Source: Peristeroidobacter soli (GTDB lineage Bacteria > Pseudomonadota > Gammaproteobacteria > Steroidobacterales > Steroidobacteraceae). Taken from it: a stretch of DNA of 32,000 nt. The translations under genes were made by a program, and so were the position numbers. Positions 1-9,369 of this stretch are shown here, one piece after another. Every line of letters begins with the position of its first letter. Position 1 is the first letter of the stretch. The stretch covers positions 163,718 to 195,717 of the forward strand of contig NZ_RYEV01000004.1 of assembly GCF_004138485.1 (NCBI RefSeq). Reading direction: 5' to 3'. The notes beneath the pieces are model-generated. The model made no database searches. It was not told the DNA's origin and was given only the letters and a program-made list of their open reading frames with translations.

Positions 1-914
1 ACGCCGCCGCAGCGGATCGCCGGGTTGGTCCGCCGGCCCAATCGCAAATTCATATCGATGGTTTCCTCGAGGCTGGGTAGCGCATAGTCTGGCATGCCCA
101 GCACGTGCGTGCGCCCTGCTTCGTGACACACGACGATCACATCGGGCTGGCTGCCATGGAGCAACCCGAGCGAGACGGCCGCATAGGCGGGATGAAACAG
201 CGAGCCCTGCCCTTCGATCACGTCCCAGTGATCCGGTGCCGCCTCCGGCGAGAGCACTTCCGCCGCGCCAGCCTCGAAGTCCGACACCACCGCGTCCATC
301 GGCATGCCGCTGCCGGCGATCATGATGCCGGTCTGGCCCGTCGCCCGAAAATCCGCCTTCACGCCGCGGCGCTTGAGCCCCTTCCAGATCGCGAGCGCGG
401 TGTACTTCTTGCCGAGCGCGCAATCGGTGCCGACCGCCAGGATTCGCTTGCCACTGCGCTTGCGACCCGTGCCGGTCGGAATGCCTCGCGGTGGCGTGCG
501 AACGTCGATCAGACGACGCCCGTGACGCTCGGCGGCCGCAACCAGCGCCGGCGTGTCGACCAGCCGGGTGTGCATTCCTCCGACCAGATCGAGCCCCGCT
601 TCCAGGGCTTCGATCAGCGAGGGCATCCAGCTGTCCAGGATGCGCCCGCCCATGTTGGCCACGCCGATGATCATGGAGCGTGCGCCCTTCGCGTACGCCT
701 GCGCCGGCGTGAGCTTGGGCAGGCCCAGTGAAATCGCATCGGGCGAGCAGGCGAGCTCGCCGACGCATTGTTCGGGCGCCCAGTCCCTGAGGCCAAAGGC
801 CGTTTTGGCGAAGCCCGCCTCGGTCGTATCGCCCAGGAACAGCAGATACGGTTGCGGCAGATCCAATGTGGTCGAGAGGTTTGCTGTTGTCACGTTGAAG
901 TCAACTTGTATCAC
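1..914 (-). CDS. DUF1611-family protein, DgcN-like (D-glutamate N-acetyltransferase family), truncated by the window edge
   Basis: Minus-strand reading frame from GTG at 914 to the window edge without a stop: MIQVDFNVTTANLSTTLDLPQPYLLFLGDTTEAGFAKTAFGLRDW...GTDCALGKKYTALAIWKGLKRRGVKADFRATGQTGIMIAGSG...VIEGQGSLFHPAYAAVSLGLLHGSQPD. Start abuts the TonB receptor stop at 915. Not in the supplied ORF track because it is partial. Confidence 0.82.
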   Translation of the reverse strand, partial: MIQVDFNVTTANLSTTLDLPQPYLLFLGDTTEAGFAKTAFGLRDWAPEQCVGELACSPDAISLGLPKLTPAQAYAKGARSMIIGVANMGGRILDSWMPSLIEALEAGLDLVGGMHTRLVDTPALVAAAERHGRRLIDVRTPPRGIPTGTGRKRSGKRILAVGTDCALGKKYTALAIWKGLKRRGVKADFRATGQTGIMIAGSGMPMDAVVSDFEAGAAEVLSPEAAPDHWDVIEGQGSLFHPAYAAVSLGLLHGSQPDVIVVCHEAGRTHVLGMPDYALPSLEETIDMNLRLGRRTNPAIRCGG

Positions 915-3161
915 TTAGAACTGGAAATCGATGCTCAGACCGACGGTGCGCGGCTGAAGCACGGCGAGGTCCAGACGCACGGGCTGATTGGCACCGTCGG
1001 TCGTGACGCCGCCGCCGGTAAAGGCGCGCTCGTCGGTCAGATTCTTCACAAACAATCTCGCCGTCACCTTATCGAACTGCAGCTCGCCGTAAAGGTCCAC
1101 CACATCGTACGCGGGCAACGCATACGCAAGATTGTCCTCGGTCGTGACGACTTGCGACCAGCGCTCATCGATATAGCGCCAGCCGCCGCCGACGTTGGCC
1201 TCGTGGCCGCCGAAGGCCGTAAACGAATAGTTCGCGGTGATCGCGCCACTGTACTCCGGCACGCCCGGCAGCTGCTCGTCCAGCTTGTTCGGCAGATCCG
1301 ACGGGGTGGACTTCAAGGTCGCATCCGTATACGCGAGATTCAAACCCAGCTGCAGGCCGTCGGTTACGTTGAATAGCGATTCGAGCTCGAGGCCCACGCT
1401 GCGCGCGTCACCGGCGTTATCCAGACCGCTCACACCGGCGAAACTGCGGGCCTGCTGGATGTCGTCCCAATCGATGCGGAAGATCGCAGCGTTGATCAGC
1501 GCGCGACCGTCCATGAACAGGCTCTTCACCCCCACCTCGTAATTGGTCAGCTCATCGGCATCCACCGAGCGCGGCAGGTTGAGCGAGATGGTGTTCGGAC
1601 CGCCCGGCCGATAGCCCGTCGCGACACGCACGTACAGCATGGTGTCATCGCTCAGGTGCCAGCGCGGACTCACCGCGTAGGTGAAGACGTCTTCATCGGA
1701 CTCGCCCGGATCGTTCGCGGTAGGCAGGACGGCACCGCCACTGACCTGACGAAACTTCTGATCGTTGCGCGCGAAACGCAACCCGGTGATCACATCGAAG
1801 CTGTCGGTGATCTTGAAGGTCACATCGCCGAACACCGCGAGCTCCTTGTATTCCGAGGGCAGCGAGGCGAACGCGAAATACGGCAGGAATCCGGGGATCG
1901 GCACGTAATTGAAATCGGTGGCGTCGACGATCTGCTCGTTCTTGCTGTCTTCCTCGGTATAGAACGCACCGACGCGCCATTCGATGGCGCCCTCGCCGCT
2001 GGAGGCGAGCCGGAACTCCTGCGTCCACTTCTCGTGATCGAGCTTGATGTTGAACTTCGCGAGGCCCGGATCGAAGGGCGCGCCCGGCAGTTCCAGCAGC
2101 ACGCTGTAGATGGGGAAGAACGCACCGAACGTGATGCTCGCATCCTGCGTCTGCACGGTATGCGTCTTCGAATAACTGGTGGCGGACACGAACTCGCCCC
2201 ACCCCAGGCCCCAGTTGAGCGTCGCCGAGTAATAGTCCACGTCCTTGCTGAACGGCTCCGCGTTTGCAATCGAGTTGCCGAGATCGCCGTAGGTGCGCGT
2301 GCCGCGATACGGATCGGTGCTGGTCAAGCCCAACGCCATCGTGCCGTTGGCGTCCGAATCCAGACGCTGCCACATGCCACCGAGCTTCAACGAGGCGTTC
2401 TCGTTGATCTGCCATTTCAGCGCGAGGCGGCCGCCGCTCTGCTCCACCTCGTTCACGTCTTGCCGGTTCGTGTAGGCGTTGTCGATGTAGCCTGGCGTGT
2501 TTTGCTGGAAGTAGCTGGCACGCAGCGCCACCGTGTCGCCGAGCGGGACGTTGACGCCGGCACGCGCACCCCAGCCCAGATCGTCGGCGCCACTCACATC
2601 GGAGCCTTCCACACCGGCGCGGAATTCGAGCGCCTCGGTGGTCGGCTCTTTCAATACATACTTGAGCAGGCCGCCCATGGAGCCTGCACCGTACAGCGTG
2701 CCCTGTGGACCGCGCAGCACTTCGACGCGCTCGATGTCATAGGGCATGAGATCGAGCGCGAAGCTGGTCGCGCGAGCATAGTTGTTGCTCGCACCGAGCG
2801 GCGTGTCATCGACATACGTTCCCACGACGGAGCCCGGGCCCACCGGCGCGATACCACGCAAGGTGATGCTAGTCTGACCGGGGCTGCCGCCGCTCGTGAT
2901 ATTGATACCGGGCATGTAGGCCGCGTAGTCCTGCAGCTGCGTCGCGTGTACGCGCGACAACTGCTCCTCGGCGAACGCGCTCACCGACACCGGCACGTCC
3001 TGCACGCTTTCGCTGCGCTTCTGCGCGGTCACGACGATCTCGTCGATCACGCCCGACGGGCCCTCCGCCGCTCTTACATTGGTCGCGCTCATCATCAGCG
3101 CGAAGGCGCTGGTCGAGACTCCTATCGTCATCCTTCTCGACAGACTCGAAACATTACTCAT
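915..3161 (-). CDS. TonB-dependent receptor
   Basis: ORF 915..3188; signal-like N-terminus, TonB box/plug motifs (IDEIVVTAQKRSESVQDVPVSVSAF, VEVLRGPQGTLYGAGSMGG), beta-barrel and C-terminal F. MSNVSS at 3161 preferred start; 3188 also possible. Confidence 0.93.
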   Translation of the reverse strand: MSNVSSLSRRMTIGVSTSAFALMMSATNVRAAEGPSGVIDEIVVTAQKRSESVQDVPVSVSAFAEEQLSRVHATQLQDYAAYMPGINITSGGSPGQTSITLRGIAPVGPGSVVGTYVDDTPLGASNNYARATSFALDLMPYDIERVEVLRGPQGTLYGAGSMGGLLKYVLKEPTTEALEFRAGVEGSDVSGADDLGWGARAGVNVPLGDTVALRASYFQQNTPGYIDNAYTNRQDVNEVEQSGGRLALKWQINENASLKLGGMWQRLDSDANGTMALGLTSTDPYRGTRTYGDLGNSIANAEPFSKDVDYYSATLNWGLGWGEFVSATSYSKTHTVQTQDASITFGAFFPIYSVLLELPGAPFDPGLAKFNIKLDHEKWTQEFRLASSGEGAIEWRVGAFYTEEDSKNEQIVDATDFNYVPIPGFLPYFAFASLPSEYKELAVFGDVTFKITDSFDVITGLRFARNDQKFRQVSGGAVLPTANDPGESDEDVFTYAVSPRWHLSDDTMLYVRVATGYRPGGPNTISLNLPRSVDADELTNYEVGVKSLFMDGRALINAAIFRIDWDDIQQARSFAGVSGLDNAGDARSVGLELESLFNVTDGLQLGLNLAYTDATLKSTPSDLPNKLDEQLPGVPEYSGAITANYSFTAFGGHEANVGGGWRYIDERWSQVVTTEDNLAYALPAYDVVDLYGELQFDKVTARLFVKNLTDERAFTGGGVTTDGANQPVRLDLAVLQPRTVGLSIDFQF

Positions 3162-3203
3162 GGTCGCTCCCCGTATGTTGTCGATCACCGCACCACAGGC
3201 GGA

Positions 3204-4256
3204 CTACTTGCTGTCTCCCCAAACATTGCTTGCGCAGTACACGCTGCCGTCCCGATAGGTGATGCTGGGCTGACGGTCTTCCGCCAGAAACACCGGCCCA
3301 TCCAGATCCACGTAGTCGCACAGCTGCGCGACCACGAACGACGGCGCCATGGCGAGGCTGGTGCCCACCATGTTGCCAACCATGACTTGCATGCCCAGAC
3401 GGCGCGCCTCGTGCGCCATCGCAAGTCCTTCCGTCAAACCACCGCACTTGTCGAGCTTGATGTTCACGACCTGGAAGCGGCCTTGCAGACCGCGGATGTC
3501 GGCGAGCCCCTGCACGCTCTCATCGGCAGCGAGCGGAATCGGGCTCTTGAATCCGTCGAGGTCGGCCTCGCGCCCGCGCGGCAACGGCTGCTCGACCAGC
3601 TTCACGCCGGCCTCGACGAACGCCGGCATGATGGCCTTCAACTTCTCGATCGAATAACCCTGATTCGCATCGACCCCGATCCAGATATCCGGACGCAGGC
3701 GGCGCACGGCGCGCACGCGCTCTTTATCCATCTGCAGATCGCCATCGAGTTTCAGCTTGAGCGCTTTGGCATGCGGTAGCGCTTCGGCTGCGCTCACGAC
3801 CGCCGGCGGACCGTCGGCGCTCAAGGTGAATGTCGTGATTTTCGGCACGAGACTTTCCACGCCCGCCAGTCGCCACACCGGCACGCCGGCATGTTTGGCT
3901 TCCAGATCCCACAGCGCGCAGTCGAGCGCGTTGCGAGCACCGCCCAGCGGCAGCAGCTCAAGCAGCTGCGCCCGCGTGAGGCCGCTCTCGATGATCCGGC
4001 GGTGGGCCTCGAGCGTCTCAACGATCTGCTCGGGCGTGTCTTTGAGGTAGTACACACCGGCCGCTTCACCGCGACCGCGGGCGCGCTCGCTTTCCAGGGT
4101 CACCACGACCACGGGCACTTCGGTGAACGTGTAGCCGGAGATCCGGAACGGATTGCGCAATCGCAACCGCTCGATCTCGACCTGCATCTGCATGGGAACC
4201 GCGGTGCTCATCATCATCGACTCGGCAGTGCTCATTGTTTCCTCAGTAGTTCGCAT
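3204..4256 (-). CDS. Enolase-superfamily dipeptide/N-acyl-amino-acid epimerase, DgcA-like
   Basis: 350 aa; enolase-superfamily motifs ALKLKLDGD, DANQGY, VEQPL, AADES, NIKLDKCGG. Start may be 4235 (MSTAES), which avoids overlap with the upstream gene. Confidence 0.85.
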   Translation of the reverse strand: MRTTEETMSTAESMMMSTAVPMQMQVEIERLRLRNPFRISGYTFTEVPVVVVTLESERARGRGEAAGVYYLKDTPEQIVETLEAHRRIIESGLTRAQLLELLPLGGARNALDCALWDLEAKHAGVPVWRLAGVESLVPKITTFTLSADGPPAVVSAAEALPHAKALKLKLDGDLQMDKERVRAVRRLRPDIWIGVDANQGYSIEKLKAIMPAFVEAGVKLVEQPLPRGREADLDGFKSPIPLAADESVQGLADIRGLQGRFQVVNIKLDKCGGLTEGLAMAHEARRLGMQVMVGNMVGTSLAMAPSFVVAQLCDYVDLDGPVFLAEDRQPSITYRDGSVYCASNVWGDSK

Positions 4257-6264
4257 CGAATGCGATGAGATGGAACGTCAGCGCGAGATACAGCAGCAGG
4301 AGCAGCGACAGCGCCACCACGACCGCCCAGAATTTCGCGTACCACTTGCGCGGGCCGCGCACGACCACCCAGGCATTCCAGACACCGAAGATCGCGCCGC
4401 CGACGAACACGACGAGCGACAGCAACTGCATCAGCCACACCCAGGCATCGGAGCTCTCCGAGAGCAGCACCAGGTTGCCCATCATCTTGCCGATCGTCAT
4501 CGCCCAGCCGATGCACAGCACGACGGCGGCGGTCGCGGCGATGCGAACCCAGCGATGCGCCTTGGCATCCTCACCGGACAATCCGTAAGCCACGCCGTAG
4601 TGACGACGCACCAGCGCGGACACCGGCCAGGCGAGACTCGTGAGCAACAGCGCGATCACGCCGAGGATCAGCGCAGGCAGCAGCCAGCTGGGCGAACGCG
4701 ACGCCGGCGTGCGATCGAACATCATGAACGGCGAGATCCCATCGAAGCTGAACCGGACGACCTGCCCGTCGGTCACCTGCGCGGACAACAGATTCTTGCC
4801 ATCGACATCGCGATACACGAACGGCTCGATCTCACGCCATTTGATGGGCGCACCCGCGAGGTTCCGGGCCATCGACACGCTGATGGTGTGGTCCGGATTG
4901 GGCATGACTTTGATGGGACCGGCGAGGCCCAACAGCTTGAAGAAGCTCGAGTCGGCGCGACGCGAGTTCTCATACACCCCGGCCATCATGCGGGCGTGCT
5001 CGGCCGCGGTTTTCTCATCGACCTTGCCGTCGAGCGGCGCGCCCGGCAGATACCGGTCGGCGAACTGATCGAACAGCGTGCTGCGGATCTGGTGAGAGGC
5101 GCCCGGCTTGCCGGCGCTGTTCAAGGAGATATACATGCCGACGCCGTCGTCGATGAACAGATGCAGATCGCTGTGGAACCAGTTGGTGTCGCCGCCATGA
5201 CCGAGCGCACGATGACCGTTGTAGTTCTGCTCATAGAAGCCGAGCAGCATCCGCTGCACGCGCGGCAGGATGGTGAGCGCGGTGGAGTGCATCTGTTTCG
5301 CGGTGTCTTCCTGCAGAATGCGCACCGAGCCGAACGCGCCGTTTTGCAGATGAGCGATCATGAACTTCGCCATGTCCGCGCCCGACGCGGCAAGGCTGCC
5401 GGCCGGCGACACACCGACAATTTCATACGGCTTGGCTTCGCCTGAAGAGGCAAGCTCATAGCCACTCGACATCAGCGGCTGCAGATTCTCGGGCAACGGC
5501 TGACGGAAGCTTGCATGCTGCATGCCCAGCGGCGCGAAGATGTTCTGTTCGATGTAGTCGTAGAACGGCACGCCCGAGACACGCTGCACGATATAACCGG
5601 CGAGCGCGGTCGCGTAGTTGGAGTACGCCGGCGTCGTGCCCGGTGCGAAGATCCGCTCCGGCACCCAGTTCTTCAGCCGCTCATCGAAGGGCTTCACCGA
5701 CGCGCGATTCTCGCCCATCAAGCCCTTGAGCTGCTCTTCGAAGCCGGCCGTGTGGGTCATGATGTTGCGCAGGGTGACGGGCTGACCGTCGCGCGCCGGA
5801 ATCTGGAAATCCAGATACTTGTTGACGTCGGCATCCAGATCGAGCTTGCCCTGCTCGACCTGCTGCATCACCGCCGTCCAGGTGAACAGCTTGGAGATCG
5901 AACCGGGACGAAACAGCGTGAGCTCCGGATCGACCGGCTTGCGGGCTTTCACGTCCGAGTAGCCATAGCCCTTCTGCACCAGGACCTGACCGTCCTTCAC
6001 GACGACCACGACGGCGCCGGCGACATCGCCGGTCTGCAGCGCATACGGCAGATAGCCATCGAGCCAGGCCTCGACGTTCTCACGGGTCAGTGGCGCCGCC
6101 CCGGCCGGTTCCGCCGGCGGCACGGTCGCTTCGGTCGCAGGCCCCGGCGGCGGCAGTGGAGCGCCCTCCTGGGCCAAGCCCAGAGTGGCCCAGGAAAACA
6201 GGGCAGTACACAACGTCGCCCTCGTTATCGCCTTGGCTAAGCGCATCGCATCCTCACCTGACAT
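4243..6264 (-). CDS. Serine hydrolase (class C beta-lactamase/penicillin-binding-protein fold) with C-terminal transmembrane segments
   Basis: SISK (SxxK) in LFRPGSISKLFTW, YSNYA (YxN), HGG motif in RALGHGGDTNWF; signal peptide; several hydrophobic C-terminal helices. Confidence 0.88.
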   Translation of the reverse strand: MSGEDAMRLAKAITRATLCTALFSWATLGLAQEGAPLPPPGPATEATVPPAEPAGAAPLTRENVEAWLDGYLPYALQTGDVAGAVVVVVKDGQVLVQKGYGYSDVKARKPVDPELTLFRPGSISKLFTWTAVMQQVEQGKLDLDADVNKYLDFQIPARDGQPVTLRNIMTHTAGFEEQLKGLMGENRASVKPFDERLKNWVPERIFAPGTTPAYSNYATALAGYIVQRVSGVPFYDYIEQNIFAPLGMQHASFRQPLPENLQPLMSSGYELASSGEAKPYEIVGVSPAGSLAASGADMAKFMIAHLQNGAFGSVRILQEDTAKQMHSTALTILPRVQRMLLGFYEQNYNGHRALGHGGDTNWFHSDLHLFIDDGVGMYISLNSAGKPGASHQIRSTLFDQFADRYLPGAPLDGKVDEKTAAEHARMMAGVYENSRRADSSFFKLLGLAGPIKVMPNPDHTISVSMARNLAGAPIKWREIEPFVYRDVDGKNLLSAQVTDGQVVRFSFDGISPFMMFDRTPASRSPSWLLPALILGVIALLLTSLAWPVSALVRRHYGVAYGLSGEDAKAHRWVRIAATAAVVLCIGWAMTIGKMMGNLVLLSESSDAWVWLMQLLSLVVFVGGAIFGVWNAWVVVRGPRKWYAKFWAVVVALSLLLLLYLALTFHLIAFDANY

Positions 6265-6394
6265 CGGGGACCGCTCTGGCGGCGGCGGTATTTTCTCCTA
6301 TTGGCAATAATAGTCCTGATTAGAGAATCGTCAACCTGATCATGCAAAACAACGCCGGTGCGCGCCTCGGCCGGTCCGTTACAATCCGACCTCA

Positions 6395-7153
6395 ATGAAA
6401 ACACCCAAAGCTGCCGAAAAATCCGCTGTTCCGCCCGCCGAGCGCCCCGCGGACAAGCCGACGCTCGGCCGCGTCCTGCGCGCCCTGCGGACCCGCAACG
6501 ACTGGACCTTGAAGGAAATGAGCGATCGCACCGGCATTCCGCTGTCGACGCTCGCGAAGGTCGAGCACGACCGGCTGACGCTCACCTACGACAAGCTGTT
6601 GCAGCTGAGCGAGCGTCTGAAAATCCGCATGTCGGATCTGTTCGCCGAGTCGAGCGAGCCCACGGCGCAGCCGGTCACCGCCCGACGCAGCATCGGCAGA
6701 ATGGAGCGCGCGATCCGCGTCAACACGCCGAACTACGATTATTTCTATTTATGCGCGGAGCTGCGCCGTAAACGGATGATTCCCATCCTGACGCGCATCC
6801 GCGCCAAGAGCGTCGAGGAATTCGGCGAGCTGGTGCATCACTCCGGCGAGGAATATATCTACGTGCTGGAAGGCCAGGTGGAGATCCACACCGAGTTCTA
6901 CGATCCCATCGTGCTGTCCGCCGGCGAGTCCATCTATATCGATTCGAACATGGGCCATGCGTACGTCGCCGCCGAGGGCTGCGACGAGGCGACCGTGCTC
7001 GGCGTGTGCTCGAGCGCCGATGAGGAGGATCTGATGGAGTCGCTGATGGAATTGCACGGCGACGATCAGGTGCGCCTGTCGCCGCCGGAAGAAACATCGC
7101 GCGCGACGCCGGCCGCCAAGCCCAAAGCGCGCTCGAAAAAGACCGCGGCTTAA
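6395..7153 (+). CDS. XRE-family HTH + cupin domain transcriptional regulator
   Basis: N-terminal HTH (LGRVLRALRTRNDWTLKEMSDRTGIPLSTLAKVEHDRLTLTYDKLLQLSERL) and C-terminal cupin (HHSGEEYIYVLEGQVEIHTEFYDPIVLSAGESIYIDSNMGHAY). Divergent from the 6264..1 operon. Confidence 0.88.
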   Translation: MKTPKAAEKSAVPPAERPADKPTLGRVLRALRTRNDWTLKEMSDRTGIPLSTLAKVEHDRLTLTYDKLLQLSERLKIRMSDLFAESSEPTAQPVTARRSIGRMERAIRVNTPNYDYFYLCAELRRKRMIPILTRIRAKSVEEFGELVHHSGEEYIYVLEGQVEIHTEFYDPIVLSAGESIYIDSNMGHAYVAAEGCDEATVLGVCSSADEEDLMESLMELHGDDQVRLSPPEETSRATPAAKPKARSKKTAA

Positions 7154-8244
7154 GTCAGCAGCTTCAACGTGCTGGCGCTGGTCAGGGCGATCGCGACAGC
7201 GACTGTGACTGCGAGCGCCACGATGCGGCCGCCGAGCTGACGCATCGAGTCGACCGACACTCCGAGCCCCATCGCGCACATCCCGGCGATAAGGAGCCAG
7301 CTCGACACGCTGCCGGCGACCGCTAGCAGCGCATTCCATCCTTGCCGAGCCACCGAACCGGCGCTCAACCAGGTATCCGCCGCCATTCGTAGCGCCGCGA
7401 GCGCGATGAACGCGAGGATGAATCCGGGCAGCACATCCAGCAGACGCGGCCGCTTCGATGCATCCACCGACTCGCCGCGCACATTCATCAGCGTCGCGAG
7501 CAATGGCACCAGGATCAGCAACGACAGATTGCGGAACAGCTTGGTCGCCCCCGCCATCGCGGCGGCGCCCGGCACGTCGAAGTGCTGTTCGTACAGCAAG
7601 GCGGCGCCGATCACCTGACTGGTGTCGTGAATGGACGTGCCCAGAAACACCGCGGCCGCGCGCGGATCGTTTGCAAACAGCTCCTGCGCAAGCCACGGAT
7701 AGAACAACATCCCTGCGCCGCCGATCAGTACCACGCAGCACAACGCCGCCCCCGTTTCTTCCGCTCGCGCGCGAACGACCGAGGCCGTCGCTGCGATCGC
7801 GGTACATCCACACACGGCACTGCCCACCGCGAGCAGCGCCCGCAGCGGCGCTCTGATCGACAGCCACCTGCCGATGACCGCGCTCACGAGTAATGCCACG
7901 CTGATGCAGGCGACGATGACCGGCAGCGCCAGACCGATGACGGATTCGACGCCACGCAGCGTCAGCTGCAATCCCACCAGCGCGATACCGGTCCGCAGTA
8001 ACTGGTGAGCAATCCATTCGACGCCAGGTCGCGATTCATCGGCCACGCCGTGCCAATGGCGCCAGCAGATGCCGAGCGCGATGGCAAAGAGCACGGGACT
8101 CAGCACCGGTTTGGGAGAATCGCTCAGCGGCGCGCTCAGCATCTGCGCCGCCATGGCACCGGCGAGCGCCAGCACCGACACCAGCACGATGCCCGGTGCC
8201 CGACCGCGCCAGCGCTCCATCCAATGGGCAAACGCGACCGTCAT
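7150..8244 (-). CDS. YeiH-family putative sulfate exporter / integral membrane protein
   Basis: 364 aa polytopic protein with PVLFAIALGICWRH, GIALVGLQLTL, GTSIHDTSQVIGAALLY motifs typical of the YeiH (UPF0324) family. Stop overlaps the stop of the convergent regulator by 4 nt. Confidence 0.85.
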   Translation of the reverse strand: MTVAFAHWMERWRGRAPGIVLVSVLALAGAMAAQMLSAPLSDSPKPVLSPVLFAIALGICWRHWHGVADESRPGVEWIAHQLLRTGIALVGLQLTLRGVESVIGLALPVIVACISVALLVSAVIGRWLSIRAPLRALLAVGSAVCGCTAIAATASVVRARAEETGAALCCVVLIGGAGMLFYPWLAQELFANDPRAAAVFLGTSIHDTSQVIGAALLYEQHFDVPGAAAMAGATKLFRNLSLLILVPLLATLMNVRGESVDASKRPRLLDVLPGFILAFIALAALRMAADTWLSAGSVARQGWNALLAVAGSVSSWLLIAGMCAMGLGVSVDSMRQLGGRIVALAVTVAVAIALTSASTLKLLT

Positions 8245-8373
8245 CGCGACGGCCAGTCGTGTGGGGACTTCATGCCGGCCAGCTTAGTCAGCCGGCCGGG
8301 CGACACGATTGCGAAGTTGAGGAAGCGGACCGCGCCGGACGCAACATTGTTGCGCCATCGTGCGCTGGTTGGA

Positions 8374-8973
8374 TCAGCTCAGGGTGCGGCGGCCGGCGAG
8401 CGCATGGGCGAGCGTGCCGCCGTCCACATACTCGAGCTCACCGCCGATCGGCACGCCGTGAGCGATGCGACTGGATTTCACGTTGCGACGGGCGGCGATC
8501 TCGGCGATCACGTGCGCGGTGGCATCGCCCTCCACCGTCGTGTTGGTGGCGAGAATCGCCTCGGTGATCTCGCCCTCAGCCAGCAATGTTTCCAATTGCG
8601 CGAAGCCGAGCTCATCGGGTCCGATGCCATCCAGCGGCGAAAGATGGCCCATCAGGACGAAATACGTGCCGCGATAACTGCCTGACTGCTCGATCGCCGC
8701 GACATCGGCGGGCGACTCCACCACGCACAGCGTCCCGCGATCGCGCGAGGCGTTGGCGCAAATTGGACACAGATCCGCATCGGCGAACATCCGGCAGCGC
8801 TGGCACCGGCCGACGCCGACCACTGCCTTCTGCAAGGCATCGGCCAGCAGGCTGGCGGCGTTGCGATCCTTTTCCAGCAGATGAAACGCCATGCGCTGCG
8901 CCGACTTCGGCCCGACGCCGGGCAGACAACGCAGCGCCTCGATCAGGCGAATGAGAGAGGGTGGGTAGATCAT
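8374..8973 (-). CDS. recR: Recombination mediator protein RecR
   Basis: 199 aa; [34 protein letters not shown]4 zinc finger [16 protein letters not shown], Toprim [34 protein letters not shown]. Confidence 0.97.
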   Translation of the reverse strand: MIYPPSLIRLIEALRCLPGVGPKSAQRMAFHLLEKDRNAASLLADALQKAVVGVGRCQRCRMFADADLCPICANASRDRGTLCVVESPADVAAIEQSGSYRGTYFVLMGHLSPLDGIGPDELGFAQLETLLAEGEITEAILATNTTVEGDATAHVIAEIAARRNVKSSRIAHGVPIGGELEYVDGGTLAHALAGRRTLS

Positions 8974-9027
8974 TCGACATCAAAAGCGCCGGCCGAACGA
9001 TGCGGTCGGCGCGAGCGGACGATTCCT

Positions 9028-9354
9028 TCAGAACGGCATCTTGAAGCCCGGGGGCAGATTCAGGCCGCCCATCAGGCTCGACATTCTTTCCTGGGTGGTG
9101 CGATCGACCTTCTGCACGGCGTCGTTGATGGCCGCGGCGATCAGATCTTCCAGCATGTCCTTGTCGTCGCTGCTCACGATCGACGCATCGAGCGACACGC
9201 GACGCACTTCGTGCTTGCCGGTCATCACCACCTTGGCCATGCCGCCGCCCGCCTCGCCCGTGACTTCGAGCTGGGCGATCTCGGCCTGCGCGCGCTGCAT
9301 GTTGGCTTGCAGCTGCTGCGCCTGTTTCATCATGTTGCCGATATTGCCTTTCAT
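9028..9354 (-). CDS. ybaB: YbaB/EbfC family nucleoid-associated protein
   Basis: 108 aa; MKGNIGNMMKQAQQLQANMQRAQAEIAQLEVTGEAGGGMAKVVMTGKHEVRRVSLD; located between dnaX and recR. Confidence 0.95.
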   Translation of the reverse strand: MKGNIGNMMKQAQQLQANMQRAQAEIAQLEVTGEAGGGMAKVVMTGKHEVRRVSLDASIVSSDDKDMLEDLIAAAINDAVQKVDRTTQERMSSLMGGLNLPPGFKMPF

Positions 9355-9369
9355 AGCTGAAACACTCCG

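Noticed and set aside
105-731. 208-aa plus-strand ORF at the left edge
   Set aside because: Antisense of the DgcN-like/DUF1611 reading frame, which gives recognisable motifs on the minus strand.
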